A stretch of 32,000 bases of DNA from Microcystis aeruginosa NIES-2549 (GTDB taxonomy: Bacteria; Cyanobacteriota; Cyanobacteriia; Cyanobacteriales; Microcystaceae). Both the position numbers and the translations under genes were made by a program. The notes under the pieces are model-generated. The model made no database searches, was not told where the DNA came from, and was given only the letters and a program-made list of their open reading frames with translations. Positions 18,137 to 25,598 of the stretch are shown here, one piece after another; position 1 is the stretch's first letter, and the number at the start of each line of letters is the position of its first letter. The DNA lies in NCBI RefSeq assembly GCF_000981785.2, contig NZ_CP011304.1:3780001-3812000 (forward strand), in the 5' to 3' direction.

Positions 18137-19365
18137 ATAAACCTATAACTAAGATTTGCATTCTGGGGGGTGGTTTTGGAGGGTTATACACGGCACTCGA
18201 TCTGAGTCGATTAACAGCAGTAAAATCGGGTCAATGGCAAATAACTTTAGTCGAACCAAAAGACCATTTTCTCTTTACTCCCCTTCTCTATGAACTAATT
18301 ACAGGAGAATTGCAACGCTGGGAAATTGCCCCCTCCTACCGTCAATTATTAACAGGAACTCAGGTTAATTTAAAAACTCAAAAAGCTAGTAATATTGACT
18401 TAAACAATCATCAAGTATATTTAGAAAATGAGGAGGTTATAGACTACGATTACCTGATTTTAGCGGTGGGAGTGCGGAATCGTTGGCCAGCTATACCCGG
18501 GTTAGCTGATTATGGGCTGACTTTTCGGAGTTTAGAGGATGTGGAAAGATTACAAACGGCAATTCATGACTTAGAAACTCAAGGAAAATCCTCAATTAAT
18601 TTAGCCATTATTGGCGGCGGTCCCAATGGGGTAGAATTAGCCTGTAAGGTAGCTGATCGTTTAGGAAAAAAAGGCAAAGTTCATCTAGTGGAAAGGAACG
18701 AGGAAATACTGCAAAACTTCCCTAAATCGGTGCGTGTTGCTTCCTATCGTTCCCTTTTAGCCAAGAATGTTAGTCTCTATTTAAACACGGGATTAAAGGA
18801 AGTTGCAGCTAATTCCATAACCGTATTTAAAGATAATAAAAATGAAGTTATCCCCATTGATTTATTATTGTGGACAGCAGGAACTGAGGCACAGGATTGG
18901 ATCAATAATTTAGATTGTCAGAAAACAGCACAAGGCAAATTATTAACCCGTTCCAGTTTACAATTAATCGACTATCCCGAAGTGTTTGCCCTTGGGGATA
19001 TAGCCGAAATTTATCCGAGTAAACAGGTAATTCCTGCCACAGCACAAGCAGCCTATCAAGCAGCCAGTGTAGTAGCTAAAAATATCTCGGCAGTGATTAG
19101 AAAAAAATCGCCCCAACCCTATTATTATCTGCATTTAGGTGATATGTTAACATTAGGTAAACAATCAGCCCTTGTCTCCAGTTTTGGCATTAATATTACT
19201 GGTAGATTAGCTGATATAATGCGTCGATTTGTCTATATACTGCGTTTACCCAGCAAACGTCATCAATTGAAAGTGTTTCAACATTGGGCAAAAAAAATTC
19301 TTCTCCGACTCCGTTATTCACAGGTGTTATCTAAACAACCGATTGAATCAAAAAATACTCGTTAA
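18133..19365 (+). CDS. Type II NADH dehydrogenase-like FAD/NAD(P) oxidoreductase (NdbB-like by length and N-terminus)
   Basis: 410 aa with two dinucleotide-binding motifs (ILGGGFGG and IIGGGPNGVE) and the LFTPLLYELITGE segment typical of NDH-2. Its ATG overlaps the upstream stop (ATGA). Confidence 0.75.
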   Translation: MNKPITKICILGGGFGGLYTALDLSRLTAVKSGQWQITLVEPKDHFLFTPLLYELITGELQRWEIAPSYRQLLTGTQVNLKTQKASNIDLNNHQVYLENEEVIDYDYLILAVGVRNRWPAIPGLADYGLTFRSLEDVERLQTAIHDLETQGKSSINLAIIGGGPNGVELACKVADRLGKKGKVHLVERNEEILQNFPKSVRVASYRSLLAKNVSLYLNTGLKEVAANSITVFKDNKNEVIPIDLLLWTAGTEAQDWINNLDCQKTAQGKLLTRSSLQLIDYPEVFALGDIAEIYPSKQVIPATAQAAYQAASVVAKNISAVIRKKSPQPYYYLHLGDMLTLGKQSALVSSFGINITGRLADIMRRFVYILRLPSKRHQLKVFQHWAKKILLRLRYSQVLSKQPIESKNTR

Positions 19366-19380
19366 TTGTAGTTAAAATCC

Positions 19381-19641
19381 ATGAAAACCTTTCTCAAAAA
19401 TATGGCGGCAGTTTGGCAAGCAATCCCAGAGATTCTCAAAAACCTTAAGTCTCTGAATAGTGCCTCCTCAAAATATCAAGATATACTAACAGAGTTACAA
19501 ATTGACAATTATCTGCTAGAAAACTTGTATAAAAACCCAAAATATGATAGCCCTAAAAAACTAAACCGCTACGAATTTAAGGTTTTTTCTCAAGCGGGAG
19601 AAGATGGCATTACTAGCGAGATGGAGTTGGCAACGGTTTAG
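19381..19641 (+). pseudogene. Probable N-terminal fragment of an FkbM/class I methyltransferase-like gene
   Basis: The 86-aa ORF ends right after ...YEFKVFSQAGEDGI. From memory, that motif lies near the N-terminus of full-length (~250 aa) methyltransferases. None of the three frames in the following 370 nt continues it. Confidence 0.35.
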
Positions 19642-19652
19642 AAAATAGTTGC

Positions 19653-19676
19653 ATGATAGCTTCATCAAGCTATCAT
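19653..19676 (+). other. Perfect 10-bp hairpin after the truncated ORF
   Basis: ATGATAGCTT / AAGCTATCAT with a 4-nt loop, 12 nt after the stop codon. No U-tract. Confidence 0.5.
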
Positions 19677-20010
19677 TGAACATTTCTGGATAAAACCAGT
19701 AAAATTCCGATATTTTCAAGAGAATTCCTGCAAAAGTAAGTTCTCGATCCGCTATCAGGTCAAAATATCTAAAACCTCAGATAAATTTGAGATAATCTTA
19801 GGTTTTATGGATGGGATGGTTGTCTCTTATCTTTTTTCTCCTCCTCTAGACCGTCTCCTAATCTAAGGGAAGATTTTTGATTTTTGCAGGAGATATAATA
19901 AATCTATCGATTTTGACCCCTAAAAGCTGACAGCGGACGACGGAAATTGATTGCGGCAAAAAGCGCAAAAATGATTACAATCGATACAAAATATCAACGA
20001 CTAGGATTAA

Positions 20011-20961
20011 ATGGCTACTCATATTGTTACTGGTGTCGCGGGTTTTATCGGTTCTAACTTGGCAGAAAAGCTTTTAGAACAAGGAGATCAGGTGATCGGT
20101 ATCGATCAATTTAATGATTATTACGACCCCAGTTTAAAGCGCAAAAATGCCCATATTCTAGCAAAATATCCCGAATTTAAGTTAATTGAAGCGGATATAC
20201 AAGCCCTCGACTGGAGACAACTGTTGCAAGGAGTAGAAGTATTATTCCATCAGGCAGCCCAAGCAGGAGTCAGAGCAAGCTGGGGTGATGGATTTCGTCA
20301 ATATACCGAAAGGAATATAAATGCTACTCAAATTATTCTTGAGGCCGCTAAGGAAACCCCTTCTTTACAACGGATGGTTTTTGCCTCCACTTCCTCGGTG
20401 TATGGCAACGCGGAAACGATGCCGACTCCGGAAACCCTTTGTCCCCAACCAGTTTCACCCTACGGCATCACCAAATTAGCGGCAGAAAGACTCTGTTGGC
20501 TATATCACCAGAATTTTAACGTTCCCGTCACTGCCTTGCGTTATTTCACCGTTTATGGACCGCGGCAACGTCCCGATATGGCTTTCCATAAGTTTTTTCA
20601 AGCAGCGATCGCGGGTAAACCGATCGGCATCTACGGGGATGGCAAACAAACCCGCGATTTTACCTTCATTAGTGATGCTGTAGCCGCTAATTTAGCCGCT
20701 GCCGTCGTGCCGGAAGCGGTGGGTGAGGTGTTTAATATTGGTGGTGGCAGTCGCGTGGTTTTACTGGATGTCTTGGATACCATGGAAAAAGTCATCGGTA
20801 AACCTATTGAGCGATCGCATCAAGGATTGGCCCGGGGAGATGCCCGTCACACCGCCGCCGATGTCACCAAAGCGCGTACTATTCTAGGTTATAACCCCCA
20901 AGTCTCTTTAGCCGAAGGATTAGCCCAAGAATGGCAGTGGATTCAGGGATTATATTGTTAA
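20011..20961 (+). CDS. NAD-dependent epimerase/dehydratase family protein (extended SDR, nucleotide-sugar enzyme)
   Basis: 316 aa with the NAD motif TGVAGFIGSN and the catalytic SPYGITK (YxxxK), plus RYFTVYGPRQRPDMA typical of UDP-sugar epimerases/decarboxylases. Confidence 0.85.
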   Translation: MATHIVTGVAGFIGSNLAEKLLEQGDQVIGIDQFNDYYDPSLKRKNAHILAKYPEFKLIEADIQALDWRQLLQGVEVLFHQAAQAGVRASWGDGFRQYTERNINATQIILEAAKETPSLQRMVFASTSSVYGNAETMPTPETLCPQPVSPYGITKLAAERLCWLYHQNFNVPVTALRYFTVYGPRQRPDMAFHKFFQAAIAGKPIGIYGDGKQTRDFTFISDAVAANLAAAVVPEAVGEVFNIGGGSRVVLLDVLDTMEKVIGKPIERSHQGLARGDARHTAADVTKARTILGYNPQVSLAEGLAQEWQWIQGLYC

Positions 20962-21096
20962 GTTAATTAGGGTTGGCTGAATATCAGTGGAAGCCTTGCT
21001 AAAAAATGGTTTCAGGGTTCCGCTTCCCAGTGCGCGAGGTTATTGTCTGAGTAACGCACAGAAAAGGGGTTTCTCCGAGAAATCCCTTTTCTACTC

Positions 21097-21237
21097 AAAA
21101 ACTATCAGATCCCCCCGTCTACCGGCACCCCCCTTATCAAGGGGGGCAGGGGGGATCGAACCCAAAATCTATCTTCAATTTAATTATAACCAGCCACTTA
21201 TGTAATTAATTGTGTCCACCTACTTAGAAACCATTTT
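21097..21237. mobile_element. MITE-like element, family B (copy 1, empty site)
   Basis: The core AAAAACTATCAGA...CCCCCCTTATCAAGGGGGGCAGGGGGGATCGAACC...TTTAATTATAACCAGCCACTTA aligns by eye with the reverse complement of 23564-23704. It ends in CACCTACTTAG, as family A does. Confidence 0.7.
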
Positions 21238-21424
21238 TTTCAATTCTTGGCTCTCTCCCTTGTGGTGAGCAGTAGAGAAAGACTTTTTCTCGATTACCTC
21301 GTTTCCAGAGGTTCTAGCTCTTGTGTAACCTATCAGGGAAGGGAGGGAGACGCTGACTTTTCCCATTGCCAGGTGGAACCTTGGCACGAGACAAGAGAAT
21401 CGAGTCGCCCCCACCCTACTGTTC

Positions 21425-22105
21425 CTATTTCCGTTTCTTCAGGCTAGAAGCTAACCCTAATCCTCCCAATCCTAACAAGGCAACCACGGAACCCGGTTCG
21501 GGGACGCTAGTGGGTGGAGCGTTCTCTGTTCCCTCAAGGCTAAATTGGTAAGGGCCAGAAGTAGGCCGAGAAATCCAACTTCCCCCTTGATCCTTACTCT
21601 CAACGTAACCATCACCAATCGTCCAGCCAGGGAGTCCTGTTTGAGCGGCAGATGAGGTATACCCCCAAAGATAAGACCCAGTACCACTTGAAATACCACT
21701 GACTAACCAGTAAGTGGTATTAGCGGCTAATGTGTACGGAGTAGCCAGGGTAAAGGTGTTATTGGCGAGAGAGGTGGTAATGGAAGCCGGGTTAGTAAAA
21801 CTGGTTAGCTGAGTGCCGGGGGTTCCACTGCTGTTGCTATAGATACGAAGAAACAAGTTGGGATCGGCGGTGTTTTCTTGGAACAAAAGAGTAGCAGAAT
21901 TAAGGTTATAACTGCCACTGCCAGTGGTAAAGCTTGCTCCTTCCCAATAACCAAGCTCTGTATAACCTGTGTCCTCAGTTCCTTGAGATAAGTTCTCAAC
22001 GAGGGTGACAGCAGAAGCTTGTTGTCCTAAACCTAGGGAAAGAAGGAGAGCAAGGCTAACCCCCCCCCCCCCGATTTTTGCCAGAATTTGCTGATTTTTG
22101 GTCAT
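21425..22105 (-). CDS. PEP-CTERM sorting domain-containing secreted protein
   Basis: 226 aa with an N-terminal signal peptide and a Ser/Thr/Gly/Asn-rich body. The C-terminus VPEPGSVVALLGLGGLGLASSLKKRK has a PEP motif, a hydrophobic helix and a basic tail. Confidence 0.85.
   Translation of the reverse strand: MTKNQQILAKIGGGGVSLALLLSLGLGQQASAVTLVENLSQGTEDTGYTELGYWEGASFTTGSGSYNLNSATLLFQENTADPNLFLRIYSNSSGTPGTQLTSFTNPASITTSLANNTFTLATPYTLAANTTYWLVSGISSGTGSYLWGYTSSAAQTGLPGWTIGDGYVESKDQGGSWISRPTSGPYQFSLEGTENAPPTSVPEPGSVVALLGLGGLGLASSLKKRK
22060..22072 (-). repeat. Homopolymer: C13 on the plus strand, G13 in the coding strand of the PEP-CTERM gene
   Basis: Counted directly. It encodes GGGG plus the first base of Val in ...AKIGGGGVSLALL..., at codons 12-16 of the ORF. 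Confidence 0.95.
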
Positions 22106-22328
22106 TTTTCCAATTTAAGGTTAAGAAGGTTGAAATTGTTCTTGATTGATGATCTATCTTCTGAGCATCTGCTCGGAAAAAAGGTTTGTAGTAACTTAGC
22201 GCAGATTAACTCGCTAGGTTGTACGGCCTCGTCCGCAGAATATAGAATTTAGTGTAGAAATGTCAAGTTTTTAAGATAGGTAGATGATAAAAACCCTAGT
22301 AATACTAAATCTGGTTATTAAAGACCGA

Positions 22329-22468
22329 TTAGGGACTTGCGTGGGAATAATATCCCAATCTATCGGAGGGCGCAAGCTTTGCGCCCCTACAGTAACGGAT
22401 TTTGTCCACAATGTAGGGGCGAACTGCGTTCGCCCAAAAGGTACATTATCAAAGCGCAAGTCCCTTAA
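22329..22468. mobile_element. 140-nt MITE-like element with terminal inverted repeats and internal hairpins
   Basis: TIRs are TTAGGGACTTGCG (22329-22341) and CGCAAGTCCCTTAA (22455-22468). Internal perfect hairpins are GGGCGCAA-GCT-TTGCGCCC (22368-22386) and GGGCGAAC-TGC-GTTCGCCC (22417-22435). CCCCTACA (22384-22391) also pairs with TGTAGGGG (22412-22419). Confidence 0.7.
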
Positions 22469-22540
22469 TTGCCCTCACCCCCCTGCCCCGCCGACATCGG
22501 GGGGGTCGGGGGTGGGAGAGGGGAGTAGGATGTCTGCCTC

Positions 22541-22634
22541 TTTGTGTGATAAGTTTAACTTATATGGGAGCGATCTTTCTTTGTGTTCTTTGTGTCTTTG
22601 TGGTTCCTTCCTTTACCCACCCAAGAGAGCCGGT
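22541..22634 (+). repeat. Dispersed repeat family C (copy 1), directly upstream of cobK
   Basis: TTGTGTGATAAGTTTAACTTATAT...CTTTGTGT(T/C)CTTTGTGTCT(T/C)TGTGGTTC...TTTACCCA...GAGAGCCG is shared with 26524-26655 in the same orientation. It contains the 15-nt palindrome ATAAGTTTAACTTAT (22549-22563). Confidence 0.75.
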
Positions 22635-22675
22635 GAGAAGATGGAAAATTAGTTAACCTTTTGGCAATTATCTGG

Positions 22676-23422
22676 ATGACTAAAAATAAAAGAGTGCTGA
22701 TTTTAGGGGGAACGGGGGAAGCGGCGGCATTAGCGGCTAAAATTGCGGCAATTCCGGGTATAGATGCCATCGCTTCCTTTGCCGGTCGCACGAGAGAACC
22801 GATTACTTTCACAACTCCTTCTCGCCGGGGGGGGTTTGGTGGTGCCGCCGGGTTAGCCAATTATCTGCGCCAAGAAAGCATTGATTGTTTAATTGATGCC
22901 ACCCATCCCTTTGCGGCGCAAATTTCCTTTAATGCCGCTCAAGCCGCCTCGGATTGTGGTATTCCTCGATTAATGTTAAGTCGTCCAGCTTGGGAAAAAG
23001 TATCTGGAGATAATTGGATTGAAGTAGAAAACAATCAAGCGGCAGCGAATATTTTATCGGGGTTAGCACCGCGGATATTTCTCACTATTGGTCGGCAAGA
23101 ACTGGCAAGTTATGCACATCTAAAAAATATCTGGTTTTTGATGCGGATGATTGACCCTCCAGAAGCAGATGCCATCGTACCGGTTGGAAAATTATTGTTG
23201 GAACGGGGGCCTTTTTCCTTGCAGTCAGAGCGCTCTCTTTTACAAGAATATAAGATTGGGGCGATCGTGAGTAAAAATAGCGGCGGTGATGCCACTTACG
23301 CCAAAATTATCGCCGCCAGAGAGTTGGGAATAACCGTGGTCATGGTACAACGTCCACCCGTACCTGAAGGAGAAAAAGTGGCAGATGTTGAAAGTGTCCT
23401 GGCATGGTTAGAAAAAATATGA
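22676..23422 (+). CDS. cobK: Precorrin-6A / cobalt-precorrin-6A reductase
   Basis: CobK/CbiJ layout: RVLILGGTGEAAALA at the N-terminus and VSKNSGGDATYAKIIAARELGITVVMVQRP near the C-terminus. The track ORF starts at a TTG (22661); I prefer the ATG at 22676. Confidence 0.85.
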   Translation: MTKNKRVLILGGTGEAAALAAKIAAIPGIDAIASFAGRTREPITFTTPSRRGGFGGAAGLANYLRQESIDCLIDATHPFAAQISFNAAQAASDCGIPRLMLSRPAWEKVSGDNWIEVENNQAAANILSGLAPRIFLTIGRQELASYAHLKNIWFLMRMIDPPEADAIVPVGKLLLERGPFSLQSERSLLQEYKIGAIVSKNSGGDATYAKIIAARELGITVVMVQRPPVPEGEKVADVESVLAWLEKI

Positions 23423-23563
23423 CTCTCTTGATTTTTCTGGGAAAATCATCAGCAAACCCTATCTAAATTACTCGTTAAGACTGCATCGGAGCAGGGAGCA
23501 GGGAGAGGATTTTTGAGCATTTGTACTAAAATTTTCCCTACGCAGTTTAAATTCAGTACAGCT

Positions 23564-23704
23564 TAAGTAGCTGGTTATAATTAAATTAAAAATGGATTTT
23601 AGGTTCGATCCCCCCTGCCCTCCTTGATAAGGTAGGGTTGATTCATGAATCAACCCTACCCTTGATAAGGGGGGTGTCTGATAATTTTTAACGCCTACCT
23701 ACTT
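23564..23704. mobile_element. MITE-like element, family B (copy 2, inverted relative to copy 1, filled site)
   Basis: The reverse complement aligns with 21097-21200. It carries the extra 28-bp palindrome plus a duplicated 10-mer that copy 1 lacks. Confidence 0.7.
23632..23659. mobile_element. 28-bp perfect palindrome inserted into family B copy 2
   Basis: GTAGGGTTGATTCATGAATCAACCCTAC is its own reverse complement. It is flanked by direct repeats CCTTGATAAG at 23622-23631 and 23660-23669. The homologous site in copy 1 (21133-21142, CTTATCAAGG) holds one copy and no palindrome. Confidence 0.75.
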
Positions 23705-23797
23705 ATCAGTTATCAGATGTTATACCAAATCCGGTTATTAAAGACTGATTATTTATTCCTCCTCCTGCCTTCGTTATCAGATGTTATTTTTCAGTTC

Positions 23798-23822
23798 ACT
23801 GATTACTGATTACTGATCACTG
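23798..23822. repeat. STRR heptamer array ACTGATT/ACTGATC
   Basis: ACTGATT ACTGATT ACTGATC ACTG(G), downstream of the ArsA-like gene stop. Confidence 0.85.
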
Positions 23823-23879
23823 GACGGCTACGCCGTGCCTTTGGCAACACTGAAAAGCTTCCCACCCAATCTAGGAAAA

Positions 23880-25067
23880 TCACACTTTCACCACGTTGCT
23901 AAAAGAGATTTTCAGGTAATCATCTTCCATTTTTGCTCCGGAAGGTTTCAGGGCTGCCAAAGCTTGGGGTAAGACTAAATTACGACGGTGATTACCGATG
24001 CGAATATTTAACTCGTCTCCAGTTTTATTTAGCTGTATTTGTTCCTTCGGTATGCCGGGTAAATATAACTCCAAACTGTAATTATTTTCCTGTTGAACTA
24101 CCCGAATGGTGTTTTCTTGGTAATAAACCTTAGTCGGATCTTCCCCAGCAAAAAGAGTTTCTTTCAGTCTTTCCAAAGCGGGTAAACCACACATTTCTTC
24201 CGAGTAGAGAGGAACTTCCTTAACCGGTAAGGGATGAAAATTATCGTAAATTTCCTGTTTATAACCCTGTTGATTTTCTTTCCAACGAGCAAAGAAAGGA
24301 TCGGTTACTTTGTCGGGAATAATCCGATTAGCAATAATCAAATCGGTGGAAACATTATAGAGACTTAGATAGGCATGGGCGCGTAAAGACTCCTTAATCA
24401 CCATTTTTTCGGGGTTTGTCACCAAACGTACCGAGGTTTGAGTATTATCGGTCAAAACCTTTTCTAAAGCCTCGATCTGCTCATAAAACTCGTAGGGAGC
24501 ATCCATAACTTCCTTGTCCGGCAGGGAAAAACCGGCGATCGGTCGAAATAAAGGTTCCACCAGTGGTCGCAATGCCACCGACATTCCCTGTAAAGGTTTG
24601 TAAAATCTTCTCATGTACCAACCGCCCACTTCTGGCAAACTCAGCAATCGTAAAGCTGTCCCCGTGGGTGCGGAATCGATAATCAACACATCATAAGTAC
24701 CCTCATCGTAGTGGCGCTTCATGCGAACTAAGCCGAAAATCTCATCCATCCCGGGTAAAATCGCTAATTCTTCCGCTTGCACTCCATCCAAACCCCTAGC
24801 TTGCAATACCTGGGTGATATAACGTTTTACCGCGCCCCAGTTGCCTTCTAATTCCATTAGTGCGTCTAATTCTGCCCCCCAAAGATGGGGACGTACCAAA
24901 CGAGGATCGTGACCTAATTCGAGATCGAAACTGTCAGCGAGAGAGTGAGCGGGATCGGTGCTGAGAACTAGGGTTTTATAGCCAAGTTCGGCGCAGCGGA
25001 GTCCTGTAGCGGCGGCGACGGAGGTTTTACCCACGCCTCCTTTACCGGTCATGAGAATTACACGCAT
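23880..25067 (-). CDS. ArsA/Get3-family ATPase with C-terminal HSP20/alpha-crystallin-like domain
   Basis: Deviant Walker A ([10 protein letters not shown]), the [12 protein letters not shown] switch region, and a C-terminal ~90 aa beta-rich segment ([41 protein letters not shown]...DDYLKISF). The track ORF is N-terminally over-extended; I use the ATG at 25067 ([11 protein letters not shown]). Confidence 0.85.
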   Translation of the reverse strand: MRVILMTGKGGVGKTSVAAATGLRCAELGYKTLVLSTDPAHSLADSFDLELGHDPRLVRPHLWGAELDALMELEGNWGAVKRYITQVLQARGLDGVQAEELAILPGMDEIFGLVRMKRHYDEGTYDVLIIDSAPTGTALRLLSLPEVGGWYMRRFYKPLQGMSVALRPLVEPLFRPIAGFSLPDKEVMDAPYEFYEQIEALEKVLTDNTQTSVRLVTNPEKMVIKESLRAHAYLSLYNVSTDLIIANRIIPDKVTDPFFARWKENQQGYKQEIYDNFHPLPVKEVPLYSEEMCGLPALERLKETLFAGEDPTKVYYQENTIRVVQQENNYSLELYLPGIPKEQIQLNKTGDELNIRIGNHRRNLVLPQALAALKPSGAKMEDDYLKISFSNVVKV

Positions 25068-25141
25068 GGGGGTTGATTTAAGAAAATTTACATTACTTAT
25101 TCTTATTATGACGGGAAAGTTAACAAATTTTAGGACAAGAA

Positions 25142-25561
25142 TCAGCATTCTTGGCTATAGAATTCCACTCCCTGACCATCACCCCGGGGAATTAGGCTCT
25201 GTTCAAAAAATTGCTGACAGCGATTTTCGGCATCAGCGACGAGAACTTTGGCAAAATGACCCTTTTCGAGAACTTCTTGCCTCGGACGTTGTTCGTAGGC
25301 ATAGATAATCAAAATATCTCCGGGTTGACAGAGCAGAGCTGCACCACCGTTAGGGCAAATTTCCCCGGTGTGGCCGGGAAAAACGTAGGTAGAAAAGCGC
25401 TTACCATTGCTAAGATTGACCACATCTACCTCTTCAAGGGGCAAAATACCAACCCGCTCGATCAATTCTTGATCGATAGTGATACTGCCGACATAATCGA
25501 CGTTAGCCTCGCTGACGCGCACTCGATGGAGTTTGGCGTGCATTAATCGAATTGTTCCCAT
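25142..25561 (-). CDS. panD: Aspartate 1-decarboxylase (pyruvoyl-dependent)
   Basis: N-terminus [28 protein letters not shown] with the Gly-Ser self-cleavage site. 139 aa, with a cyanobacterial-style C-terminal extension. Confidence 0.9.
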   Translation of the reverse strand: MGTIRLMHAKLHRVRVSEANVDYVGSITIDQELIERVGILPLEEVDVVNLSNGKRFSTYVFPGHTGEICPNGGAALLCQPGDILIIYAYEQRPRQEVLEKGHFAKVLVADAENRCQQFFEQSLIPRGDGQGVEFYSQEC

Positions 25562-25598
25562 GTATTTTGTCCTATTTCCCCCAATTACTTCAATTATT

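Noticed and set aside
20987-21447. Track ORFs 20987..21205, 21220..21414, 21247..21447 (and likewise 21366..21551, 22271..22459, 22284..22652, 22555..22860, 23468..23653).
   Set aside because: They translate through MITE-like repeats (e.g. PPLSRGAGGIEPK from the CCCCCCTTATCAAGGGGGG core), and the repeat copies occur in both orientations. This behaviour fits repeat DNA, not genes.
22469-22675. Cobalamin riboswitch upstream of cobK. Likewise a ZTP or other purine-related riboswitch upstream of purN, and a Moco motif upstream of moaE.
   Set aside because: No B12-box-like core or the other conserved cores could be found. All three leaders are occupied by dispersed or heptamer repeats.
23602-23611. 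tRNA T-arm-like GGTTCGATCC (also as reverse complement at 21153-21162).
   Set aside because: No complementary T-stem, acceptor stem or anticodon arm can be drawn around it. It is part of the family-B repeat. I found no tRNA gene in the window.
25068-25148. N-terminal extensions of track ORFs: ArsA-like to 25148, icd from 5349, cobK from 22661, DUF3598 from 25533.
   Set aside because: The extensions start at TTG or add hydrophobic or odd residues ahead of the canonical family N-termini. Some overlap neighbouring genes. Internal ATGs give N-termini that match family expectations.
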